Shown here piece after piece: positions 1-7,442 of a stretch of DNA of 64,000 nt. Made by a program: the position numbers and the translations under genes. The notes below the pieces were generated by a model, which worked only from the letters and a program-made list of their open reading frames with translations, was not told where the DNA came from and did no database searches. Every line of letters starts with the position of its first letter. Positions within the stretch are counted from its first letter, which is position 1. The DNA is taken from IMG/VR virus record IMGVR_UViG_3300032205_000001, positions 108,218 through 172,217 of that record; one strand, 5' to 3'. This DNA comes from a virus. Taxonomy: Duplodnaviria; Heunggongvirae; Uroviricota; Caudoviricetes.

Positions 1-137
1 TCTTCGTCGCACCACTTCGTGAGCATCTCGTAGACTTCCTTGTCGATGCCCTTCTTCGTCGAAGAGAGGCCTCGCCGGATGACGTAGATGACGTCTTCTA
101 GGTGTTCCTCAGGAATCGCGAGAATCTCTTTGGCCAT
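1..137 (-). CDS. hypothetical protein, truncated by window edge
   Basis: Manual translation MAKEILAIPEEHLEDVIYVIRRG...; ATG overlaps the TAA of the upstream ORF (TAATG coupling). Confidence 0.6.
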   Translation of the reverse strand, partial: MAKEILAIPEEHLEDVIYVIRRGLSSTKKGIDKEVYEMLTKWCDE

Positions 138-316
138 TAGCTTTGAGCTGGTGGTTCGGGCGCCTGGTACTTGTGGACGAATTCATGAGCATGATCGTCA
201 CAGAGGGTCGTCTTGCCGGTACCCAGCGCCTGATCGGCGACATAGATGAAACCGGCCTTGCACCAATGACAAGGCCGGTTCTCGGACACCTTTTCGATTT
301 TCACTTCCAATTGCAT
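137..316 (-). CDS. small Cys/His (zinc-binding-like) hypothetical protein
   Basis: ORF track 137..346; start moved to ATG 316 because the longer version overlaps tRNA-Arg; CHWC...CDDH. Confidence 0.55.
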   Translation of the reverse strand: MQLEVKIEKVSENRPCHWCKAGFIYVADQALGTGKTTLCDDHAHEFVHKYQAPEPPAQS

Positions 317-319
317 TCG

Positions 320-393
320 TGATTCCGGCAGGATTCGAACCTGCAAATTTTCTCTTTAGGAAAGAGGCGCCTTATCCATTGGGCTACGGAACC
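320..393 (-). tRNA. tRNA-Arg(CCU)
   Basis: Cloverleaf, anticodon loop TTCCTAA, T-loop TTCGAAT. Confidence 0.85.
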
Positions 394-395
394 AT

Positions 396-472
396 TGGTA
401 CATCCGGCAGGATTTGAACCTGCGACCTTGGAGGTAGAAGCTCCCTGCTCTGGTCCACTGAGCTACGGATGC
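396..472 (-). tRNA. tRNA-Arg(UCU)
   Basis: Cloverleaf, loop CTTCTAC, encoded CCA. Confidence 0.9.
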
Positions 473-504
473 GCAGAGCATCCGCCGGAACAAGCTACGG
501 ATGC

Positions 505-2343
505 CTAAGCGACCTTGTCGTCCTCGGTCTGAGTCTCGACGGTTGCCTGGTCATGGGAACGGAAGACATTCTCCTCTGGAACGTCGTCATTGTCAAAGGC
601 CAAGACGCCCTTGGTGGCACGACGAGTCGATGGGATGTACTGCGCGTTCTCGGGACCCTTGACGTAGTCCTTCTTCCAGAACCTCTTAATCGCAAGCCAT
701 TCGCCAGGCTGAGGCAGCGCCATGTCACGCTCGCGCAGTTCGTTGCGAACCCACTCATCGACAGGGCGGTCCTTGTAGATGCTGTACTTCTTATTGTCGA
801 GATCAAGTTCCAGTTCGACATCCATCGGCGTGTAGCCACGATAGATTTTGCAGCACCAGTGGCCGCGCACATCAAATCGATGAGACAGCTTCGCGCGCAG
901 CTTGCCGCCTGAGTATCCCTTGCTGATCTCCCTGATCACTTTGTCGCGCAGGTAGACCGTGTAGAACATCGGAGGGACGGCTTGCTTGATGCCGAGGTCG
1001 CCAAGCTTGTTCTTGAACTTGCTGATCGTGTGCAGGCTGGGCTTGCGCTGAGCGATGACGGTTGAGTGGTGATCGTTGATGCAGTCGACGAGCCCGTGCA
1101 GGACGAACGGCGCCAAACACAGCTTGTGGTTCCACATCACGAATTCCTGGACGTGGTGCGTAGAGATATGGAGGTTCATCTCCCAGGTCTCGCCGTGATC
1201 GATGTAGCCCTTGCTGATCAAAATCTCGTGATGCTCGCCGCTGGCCTCGGCGATGATGCCGACGAGCATGTATTCACCTGGGTCAAGACCACGCGTCTCA
1301 GCCTGGAGCTGGGAAAGCGCAATTCCGCCTGTGAGCGCAAACCAGCAAGTGTCGAACGGAAGCTTGTCCGGGAACGGAAGGCGCTGCAGGGCTTCGGCCT
1401 GACGCTTGTGGAGAAGGATCCCCTCTTCCTCGGGAACGTCCACATGTCCCTCACGAGGGTCGTAGAACTTGAGATGGGCGATATCCTCGGTGACGTGACG
1501 GTCGACCGAAATATGCAGCTCGTTGTACGACTCCGGCGTGATCTCGAAGATGCGCGCTTTGCGAAGGTAGTTGTACATAGCCCCGCACTCGGTACGGAAC
1601 TTCTCTTTGACCTTCTTGTTCCCCCAGTTCTGCTTGAGGGCGCGGAGAACCATCAGGTAGTTCTCGACGACGTACTCGTGGGCCTTGTTGTCGGGCTTGC
1701 CCCACCACGGCATCTCCTTTGGCTTCCACGGCAGCGGTCCGCCACCGATTTCTTCTAGAAGTGTAGGGATGCGCAGGATGCGCTCCATCTGAAGCTTGAG
1801 CCGGCTGGTCTCAGGAAGCCACTGCGGCGCCTTCGCGCGCAACGTTTTCAGCGTGTCTTCCCATGCCCGCTGGATGCTGGAACGAAGCTCGTCGGCGGTG
1901 AACCTCTCGGCCTGCTCCAAGATCATGTTGATGATGCCACCGGGAAAATGGCCGCCATCATTGAAGTACAGCCAGTAGACGTCTTTCTCTTCGTCTTGGC
2001 GACGCGCACGCAAGAACCACATCCCCCACTTTTTGCGGAGGCTCTCGAACAGCAGCCGGTCGTTTTCCGAGACTCGGTAGCCGACCCATTGCTCACCGCT
2101 ATCCAGCATGAGGCCGATGTATTTAGGGTTCGGCGACTTTGATGGCTTGTCAGCGTCGAGCTTGTCCTGCCACCGGATGGTGATGTTGCCCTCGGGGATT
2201 ACCTGCTGTTCTGTCACAGGCCAGATGAGCTGAACGACGGGGTAGAGATAATGCGTCGCCCCCCTTGGACAAGGGACCGCATCCGCTCCGACACGGACGA
2301 TGTTCTGTCCTTCGACGATGGGGGTGTCCGGGGTGACCTTCAT
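505..2343 (-). CDS. large hypothetical phage protein (612 aa)
   Basis: Long ORF with natural composition; no family recognised. Confidence 0.8.
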   Translation of the reverse strand: MKVTPDTPIVEGQNIVRVGADAVPCPRGATHYLYPVVQLIWPVTEQQVIPEGNITIRWQDKLDADKPSKSPNPKYIGLMLDSGEQWVGYRVSENDRLLFESLRKKWGMWFLRARRQDEEKDVYWLYFNDGGHFPGGIINMILEQAERFTADELRSSIQRAWEDTLKTLRAKAPQWLPETSRLKLQMERILRIPTLLEEIGGGPLPWKPKEMPWWGKPDNKAHEYVVENYLMVLRALKQNWGNKKVKEKFRTECGAMYNYLRKARIFEITPESYNELHISVDRHVTEDIAHLKFYDPREGHVDVPEEEGILLHKRQAEALQRLPFPDKLPFDTCWFALTGGIALSQLQAETRGLDPGEYMLVGIIAEASGEHHEILISKGYIDHGETWEMNLHISTHHVQEFVMWNHKLCLAPFVLHGLVDCINDHHSTVIAQRKPSLHTISKFKNKLGDLGIKQAVPPMFYTVYLRDKVIREISKGYSGGKLRAKLSHRFDVRGHWCCKIYRGYTPMDVELELDLDNKKYSIYKDRPVDEWVRNELRERDMALPQPGEWLAIKRFWKKDYVKGPENAQYIPSTRRATKGVLAFDNDDVPEENVFRSHDQATVETQTEDDKVA

Positions 2344-2596
2344 GCGGACCTAGCTACAAGGCATTTGGTCCGCGCTTTCATGAATCTGCGAAAACGCTTG
2401 CGCCGACCGTAGTTGTCACTTTTTTACGATTGGCTGTCAGATGCGACGCCCTGTGACCGTCATGAGGGTGGAAGGCGCAGGTCTCATATCAGATAGACCT
2501 CGGCCGTTATGGATACAGAAAGGAGATAGGACGGCCGATTTTCTGTCCGATTGGTGTCACACGGCGCGTCCAGAGAACGACAGGCAAACAGAACAT

Positions 2597-2788
2597 GCTC
2601 TCGCTGGAGAGATTCGACCGTCCGGGGTTATCGCGGAAGAAACCGGCTCTAGGCCGCACACCCATGCCTTCGGTACCTGCCGTTGGGATGGTAGCGGCAA
2701 CCTGCGCAGGTCTGAGCTGGGGACCTGAGGCGTCTACAGGAAACCGGGAAATGCGGTCGTTGCGTGGGTTCGAATCCCACGGAGAGCA
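2597..2788 (+). ncRNA. tmRNA-shaped small RNA (~192 nt)
   Basis: 5' GCTCTC...GATTCGAC (tmRNA-like D-loop analogue); helix GACCGT/GCGGTC; 3' T arm CGTGGG-TTCGAAT-CCCACG followed by GAGAGC-A pairing with the 5' end. Confidence 0.65.
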
Positions 2789-2791
2789 CGA

Positions 2792-3073
2792 ATGGCAAAG
2801 AGGACTAAAAAAGAACAGCGCCAGCTGGAGGCCCAGTGGCGCGACGAGGAGGAGTACCTCAAGGAGGAGATAGAGCGCGACCTTGAGGAGAACGTGCGTC
2901 GTCTGTGGAAAACGACGCGGTGGTACCTCGGTCACGAGGAGTGGACCTTCTACCAGGGTTTCGAAGAGGACACCTGGTGCGGTTGCGACTGCAACAGGTG
3001 GAACCGCTTTGAGCTGCAGAAGGCGATCGATCGTCTACGAGCTTGGCGTGCCCGCAGGGAATACTGGATCTAG
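2792..3073 (+). CDS. hypothetical protein
   Basis: 93-aa ORF starting 3 nt after the tmRNA-like RNA. Confidence 0.6.
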   Translation: MAKRTKKEQRQLEAQWRDEEEYLKEEIERDLEENVRRLWKTTRWYLGHEEWTFYQGFEEDTWCGCDCNRWNRFELQKAIDRLRAWRARREYWI

Positions 3074-3164
3074 CGGAAGACGGCGGAGTCGAACCGCAAG
3101 CGAGTTCATCACCCGCTCCATCCCGCTTCCAACGGGCTCAGGCTCCACAGCCTGTTCATCTTCC
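3074..3164 (-). tRNA. tRNA-Ser(GGA)
   Basis: GGAAGAT acceptor, loop TTGGAAG, long variable arm. Confidence 0.85.
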
Positions 3165-3168
3165 AGTG

Positions 3169-3378
3169 CTACCGACGTCTAGCACGTTTTTCCGGTAGCT
3201 GTATGACCTGATTGCTATTGCGGCTCGTTTTCACTGGGAGCTTCCTGATCTCGGCGAGGCGACGGGGATGAGCCCGTTTGGCCTCTGTCGTCGTCCCGCA
3301 CTGTTGGCAGTACGTGACGTAAGCATTTTCCGTGTCGTGAACGTCGAGGTGATCGTAGCCGCAATTGAAACACTTCAA
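3169..3378 (-). CDS. zinc-ribbon protein
   Basis: CxxC...CxxC (CFNC, CQQC). Confidence 0.65.
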   Translation of the reverse strand: MKCFNCGYDHLDVHDTENAYVTYCQQCGTTTEAKRAHPRRLAEIRKLPVKTSRNSNQVIQLPEKRARRR

Positions 3379-3384
3379 GGTGTT

Positions 3385-4054
3385 TTAATCCCAGTCCCCT
3401 CTCAGGTACCTCTTGAGCTGCCACTGCTTGTTCAGCACGTGATCAGTGACAACGCCGTCCTGAGAACGGATCGTTCTGCGTTTGTCTCCCCGCATCCCCG
3501 AACCGACCTGTTCACGCCGCGAAGATGACGTTTGCGCAGAATGTTGGTTGTGTGCCGCATCCCAGAGTCTTGCTCGAAGAACCTCAAGCGCAGTTTCTTT
3601 GTTGCTGTGCTGAGATCTTTCAGACTCACATCTAACCGTGATCCCGCTCGGTATGTGCGTGAGCACGACGGCGCTATCCGTCACGTTTCGGTGCTGGCCG
3701 CCGGCCCCAGATCCACGACAGAATTTCCAATCCAGGTCGCCATCGTTGACGATGACCTGAGTCGGAGAGCGCTCGGGCAGAACGGCAACCGTGATGGTGC
3801 TGGTCTGCATCCGTCCACGCTTCTCGGTGGGCGGCACCCTCTGCCATCTGTGCCCACCTGATTCGTTGGCAAACGCTACATCGGAGCCCTTGCCAGAGGC
3901 CTTGAAGACAAGAAGGCCTGGTCTCTCGCTCACGATTTCGAGGTCAAAGACCCCTCCGAGCCCCCATCTTTGCGTAGATCGCAAACTGGTCGCGAACGAG
4001 TAATTTGGCATCATCGCCGCCCTCGGCGGCCCTAATTTCGACAAAAACCGACAT
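3385..4054 (-). CDS. class I peptide chain release factor-like protein (RF1-type PxT, GGQ; lacks domain 1), expressed via +1 programmed frameshift, 222 aa
   Basis: ORF1 from ATG 4054 MSVFVEIRAAEGGDDAKLL...RRGL ends at CTT-TGA-C (3949-3943); the +1 frame continues DLEIVSERPG...GGHRWQRVPPTE...GSGAGGQHRN. Confidence 0.9.
3943..3958 (-). promoter_or_regulatory. prfB-type +1 frameshift cassette (internal SD GGAGG, 3-nt spacer, CTT TGA C)
   Basis: Minus-strand CGGAGG-GGT-CTT-TGA-C; same layout as E. coli prfB AGGGGG-TAT-CTT-TGA-C. Confidence 0.85.
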
Positions 4055-4072
4055 CCACCGACCATAGCCGAT

Positions 4073-4240
4073 TCAGATGTCTATGACAATAATCGTCGAC
4101 TTAGGCTCTTCTTGTCGAGGGCGTTCCTCTGGTTCCCAGGGGTGATGCTCGATTTGCAGCGGGGCATGGATGTCCTGCTTTGGGCAATGCGGACAGTAAT
4201 GCCAGGCTGGCCTCGCATGAGGGCATAGCGGTATGTCCAT
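4073..4240 (-). CDS. small Cys/His-rich hypothetical protein (55 aa)
   Basis: Manual translation MDIPLCPHARPAWHYCPHCPK...; fills the gap between RNA ligase and RF. Confidence 0.5.
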   Translation of the reverse strand: MDIPLCPHARPAWHYCPHCPKQDIHAPLQIEHHPWEPEERPRQEEPKSTIIVIDI

Positions 4241-4258
4241 ACTCAAAGTATAGCCCGT

Positions 4259-4876
4259 TCAGCTGTCGACGATCTTGCGACCTTCAACCTCGCCATATTT
4301 CGTCATGACGCGGTCGATCCATTTCTGGGTCTTGGCCTTCGACATGACGAGCTTATGTCCTTCTCCGCCTTTACCGACGACACCTTCTTCGGTGATGTCG
4401 GATATCTCTCCCTGTCGGACTTGGTCGACGAAGCCACGCGTCCATCGACGAGTGCCGAGAAATCTGGGAATGTTGAGATGCTCGAACAGCTTGAGAAATT
4501 GTTTCGGGCCGAGAATTCCCTTCTTGTACGGATTCACATCGAACAGGGTTAGCTGTTTTTCGTCTTCAGGTTCATGGAGCCCAGCGAACGAGCGAGGTCC
4601 CCAGAATTCAGTGAAAACGATCATCCGTTCCCATCGCTCATCGCGTGCGACCTTGATCAGTGGTTCAGCGAGAGTTCTTTCAAACACGGCGATGGCGCCG
4701 CCGAACACCTCGTCGGTTTCGTCAAACAAACGAGTGCGAGTGCCGTGCTTGTACCAGCCGCTCTTCCTGGCCCACTCCCAACGCAGGTTGGAACCGTCGA
4801 GCTTGTCGAAGACGTAGGCATCGAATTCTCGAAAGTCCTGCCCAGTGCTTCGCGGGATGGATGGATAGTCCTTCAT
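4259..4876 (-). CDS. ATP-dependent RNA ligase-like nucleotidyltransferase
   Basis: Motif I KLDGSN, EF(W)G motif, EGVV motif IV, C-terminal KAK. Confidence 0.8.
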   Translation of the reverse strand: MKDYPSIPRSTGQDFREFDAYVFDKLDGSNLRWEWARKSGWYKHGTRTRLFDETDEVFGGAIAVFERTLAEPLIKVARDERWERMIVFTEFWGPRSFAGLHEPEDEKQLTLFDVNPYKKGILGPKQFLKLFEHLNIPRFLGTRRWTRGFVDQVRQGEISDITEEGVVGKGGEGHKLVMSKAKTQKWIDRVMTKYGEVEGRKIVDS

Positions 4877-5145
4877 TGAACGAGATCATCATCATGCAGC
4901 CGGCAGTAGCCGAGAGGCTCTCCGCCACCGCCGCAGGTGCAGTCAGCCTCTTCAAGGCAGCCTTCAGGAAGACAGACCGCCGAAAAAGGATAATCCGCCC
5001 GAGGGAGCACCTTATCCATCTCGACGATGTATAGATGACCGACGGACGGGAACGACGCGGCAACCCCTCTGACTCGCCCACGACCCTTCAGGTCTGGTGT
5101 GTCGACGAAGACAAGCTGGTCTTGCCTGTACGTGTACTCGGCCAT
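4873..5145 (-). CDS. hypothetical protein
   Basis: 90-aa ORF coupled to the ligase gene by overlap. Confidence 0.6.
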   Translation of the reverse strand: MAEYTYRQDQLVFVDTPDLKGRGRVRGVAASFPSVGHLYIVEMDKVLPRADYPFSAVCLPEGCLEEADCTCGGGGEPLGYCRLHDDDLVQ

Positions 5146-5182
5146 TTACCCGGGGTATCAGGTGATGGTCGGATTGTCAAGA

Positions 5183-5275
5183 TGGAGGAGAGCTGAGGAA
5201 TCGGACCCCAACCGAGTTACTCACCCGGTCCCTTCCGCTTCAAACGGACGCCCGTCCCAGACGGGTTAACTCTCC
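5183..5275 (-). tRNA. tRNA-Ser(UGA)
   Basis: Loop TTTGAAG, long variable arm, CCA; T-loop variant TCCGATT. Confidence 0.8.
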
Positions 5276-5300
5276 AAATGCGGCCGAAGCCGCTACAGGC

Positions 5301-5855
5301 TCACTCGTCCTGCTGCTCGGTCAAATCCGAGGTCCAGTACAGGTACGACGCCCAGGCGTCAGGAGCTGACGTCTGGCTGACCTGGATGGTCATCACCGGT
5401 ACCCAGTTCGGCTGCGCCGGCTTCGAAAGCAGACGCATTCCAGCCTGAGCCGGCGTGCGGTCTTTCTTGTCGCGGTTGCAGTCGTAGCAACAGGTGACGA
5501 TGTTGCTCCACTCGGTCTTTCCGCCCTGCGCGCGGGGAGTGACGTGGTCGTACGTCAGATCCGCCATCTTGCCCTTCATGCCACAGTACTGGCAGGTGTA
5601 CTTGTCGCGGGCGAAGATGTTGACACGAGAGAACTTGACCTTCTGCTTGTGGCGCCGGAACGCATTCAGCAGACGGACAACAGCGGGGATCTTGATGACG
5701 AGGCTGACCGACCGGACATCGTGGTCGTACTCCTCGATGACCTCAACCTTTCCCATCGTCAGTAGAGTGATAGCCCTCTGCCAGGAGATGGCCTTGATCG
5801 GCTCATATCCCTGAGAGAGCACAAGAGTTCGCAAATTCGTAGTAGCAGTCGACAC
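5301..5855 (-). CDS. HNH endonuclease
   Basis: CQYCG...TYDHVTPRAQGG...NIVTCCYDCNRDK. Confidence 0.92.
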   Translation of the reverse strand: MSTATTNLRTLVLSQGYEPIKAISWQRAITLLTMGKVEVIEEYDHDVRSVSLVIKIPAVVRLLNAFRRHKQKVKFSRVNIFARDKYTCQYCGMKGKMADLTYDHVTPRAQGGKTEWSNIVTCCYDCNRDKKDRTPAQAGMRLLSKPAQPNWVPVMTIQVSQTSAPDAWASYLYWTSDLTEQQDE

Positions 5856-5915
5856 GAGGGCACCTCCTTTCGTTTGGTTCTATATCTACAATCGTAACAG
5901 ATTTCGTTTTCAGGG

Positions 5916-5998
5916 TGCCCCGGGCGGGAGTCGAACCCGCACGCTTTTTACGGCGCTCGTTTTTGAAACGAGTGTGTCTACCACTCCACCACCAGGGC
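5916..5998 (-). tRNA. tRNA-Leu(CAA)
   Basis: Loop TTCAAAA, variable arm. Confidence 0.88.
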
Positions 5999-6071
5999 GC
6001 ACGCGACCGGAATCGAACCGGCAACCTTCCCGTTGCTTAGGCGGGATGTTCTACCTTTGAACTACGCGAGC
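5999..6071 (-). ncRNA. aberrant tRNA with 9-nt anticodon loop (CCTAAGCAA)
   Basis: D and T arms normal; U3-U70 mismatch; no discriminator or CCA, abuts tRNA-Leu directly. Confidence 0.7.
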
Positions 6072-6079
6072 ATGAGCCG

Positions 6080-6108
6080 ATTAAATCGTCTCTCTATTCG
6101 AATGTCAA
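6080..6108 (-). promoter_or_regulatory. sigma70-type promoter
   Basis: TTGACA-17 bp-TTTAAT just upstream of the 5999-6071 RNA. Confidence 0.55.
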
Positions 6109-6114
6109 AAGAGA

Positions 6115-6196
6115 TGGTGCCGGAATCGGGACTCGAACCACAATTTCTCTCGGCGCCTCACGGCGGCGAGCACATTATCGATATATGCTATCCGGC
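6115..6196 (-). ncRNA. tRNA-like RNA whose anticodon arm is a GNRA-capped stem
   Basis: GCCGGA/TCCGGC-A-CCA; arm CTCG-C-CGCC-GTGA-GGCG-C-CGAG; weak T stem. Confidence 0.65.
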
Positions 6197-6201
6197 ATTC
6201 G

Positions 6202-6315
6202 TGCGGATGGATGGACTCGAACCACCGACTCCCAAGTTATAAACCTGGTACTCTTCCTGGCGTCCTTGTTCACGTCGATTGCTCTTCGTGGGATCGCTCT
6301 CTGAGTTACATCCGC
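6202..6315 (-). tRNA. tRNA-Ile(UAU)-like gene with ~40-nt D-loop insertion
   Basis: GCGGATG/CATCCGC; D stem ACTC/GAGT enclosing 49 nt; loop TTTATAA. Confidence 0.7.
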
Positions 6316-6320
6316 AGATG

Positions 6321-6396
6321 CGGATCGGGCGGGATTTGAACCACACAGTTCCCAGGGCTATTAACCCCGGGTGTTCTACCGTTGAACTACCGATCC
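6321..6396 (-). tRNA. atypical tRNA, anticodon AAU (Ile, A34), 7-bp anticodon stem
   Basis: CCCGGGG-TTAATAG-CCCTGGG; bulged T stem. Confidence 0.65.
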
Positions 6397-6402
6397 ATTT
6401 GG

Positions 6403-6756
6403 TTATTTGATCAGAGGGAAGTTTGACACCTCCTTCTTCACAAGGGATCGGTGGCACGGCACGATGCCGATAGCCATAAGTTGACCATTCCAGGGAGCAT
6501 CGGGCTCTCGGATGGCAACATGAGGAATGTTCTTCTTCTTGAGCTTCTGTTCGAGTCGAAGAAGCTCAAGCTCGCTGCGCGCACCAAGGGCAACCGCTCG
6601 TGTATCAGACGGAAGGTTGCCAGGGCTGCTCTCGCCTGCGGCGTGAATCAGCTGGGCGCAGAGGTCACCGATGGGAGCATCGAGGCGACCAATGCAGTAG
6701 TGGTAGAGGCAATTCTCGACGGAAACGACCGGAGAATCGTCTGGACTTGCAGGCAA
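6403..6756 (-). CDS. peptidyl-tRNA hydrolase type 2 (Pth2)-like protein, start uncertain
   Basis: CAQLIHAAGES...SELELLRL...IREPD...MAIGIVP pattern resembling the PTH2 fold. Confidence 0.6.
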   Translation of the reverse strand: MPASPDDSPVVSVENCLYHYCIGRLDAPIGDLCAQLIHAAGESSPGNLPSDTRAVALGARSELELLRLEQKLKKKNIPHVAIREPDAPWNGQLMAIGIVPCHRSLVKKEVSNFPLIK

Positions 6757-6843
6757 CCACGCCGCCTGCGGGGCACTCGAAGCGTCAAGCTCGGGAAGAC
6801 ATCGTGGAAATGACGATAGGGCCGACCAGGAGACCTGTCAACC

Positions 6844-7155
6844 CTACTTCTCGACTTTCACGCAACGGCCGAAAATCGCAGAGGGAGCAACCCAGCCGTT
6901 GATGAATCCCTTGTTGTTGGCGATTTGGAATCGCTTATCGGCGCCGATGGCCCTGATGAGATGGAAGAGCACCTTGCCGTTTACCTTGACGAGTACAACG
7001 TCACCAACGTTGAGTGAGCCGGCATCTGTCACCGGCTCCACGGTGCAGAGGTTCCCGTCATCCACCTTGCCCGTCATTGAATTGCCGCGAGGCCGGAACT
7101 GAACGGTTTCTCCAGCCTTCAGCTTCGCGATATGTCCTGTTGCCCATCCATCCAT
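6844..7155 (-). CDS. S24/S26 peptidase-like protein
   Basis: GNSM motif, GDVVLVK...HLI. Confidence 0.6.
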   Translation of the reverse strand: MDGWATGHIAKLKAGETVQFRPRGNSMTGKVDDGNLCTVEPVTDAGSLNVGDVVLVKVNGKVLFHLIRAIGADKRFQIANNKGFINGWVAPSAIFGRCVKVEK

Positions 7156-7172
7156 TGCTTGTACCTACAAAT

Positions 7173-7352
7173 CTAGAAGCAGCAGCTATCACGGTAGTGA
7201 CACTTTGGGCACTTCATATGCGCGTGTTCGGGCACTAACGGGATATTGCAGGTTGGACAGGAGATATCCGGGTCACATGTAGCGCCTAGAAGACGCTCAA
7301 GTTCCGCTACATCCACGAATCTAGGTTCCGCCTTCTTTTTCTCGTCTGTCAT
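7173..7352 (-). CDS. zinc-ribbon protein (59 aa)
   Basis: CPTC...CPKC; start set at ATG 7352, outside the tRNA. Confidence 0.6.
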   Translation of the reverse strand: MTDEKKKAEPRFVDVAELERLLGATCDPDISCPTCNIPLVPEHAHMKCPKCHYRDSCCF

Positions 7353-7355
7353 TTG

Positions 7356-7438
7356 TGTCACCGACTGGATTCGAACCAGCACGCCTTGCGGCACCAGCAC
7401 CTCAAGCTGGCGAGTCTACCAAGCTCCTCCACGGTGAC
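7356..7438 (-). tRNA. tRNA-Leu(GAG)
   Basis: Loop TTGAGGT, variable arm GCCGCAAGGC. Confidence 0.9.
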
Positions 7439-7442
7439 GTAA

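Noticed and set aside
3385-4065. ORF-track N terminus MVGGCRFLSK... for the release factor
   Set aside because: Not RF-like. The RF-homologous N terminus is in another frame (ATG 4054) and joins via the CTT-TGA-C frameshift.
6790-6810. ATG TCT TCC CGA GCT TGA C upstream of the Pth2-like ORF as a second +1 frameshift
   Set aside because: No SD before the ATG, no internal SD, and GCU to CUU re-pairing is poor
7170-7190. CTAGAAGCAGCAGC resembling 23S H43 on the plus strand
   Set aside because: It is the reverse complement of the coding end (SCCF-stop) of a zinc-ribbon gene, with no flanking helix
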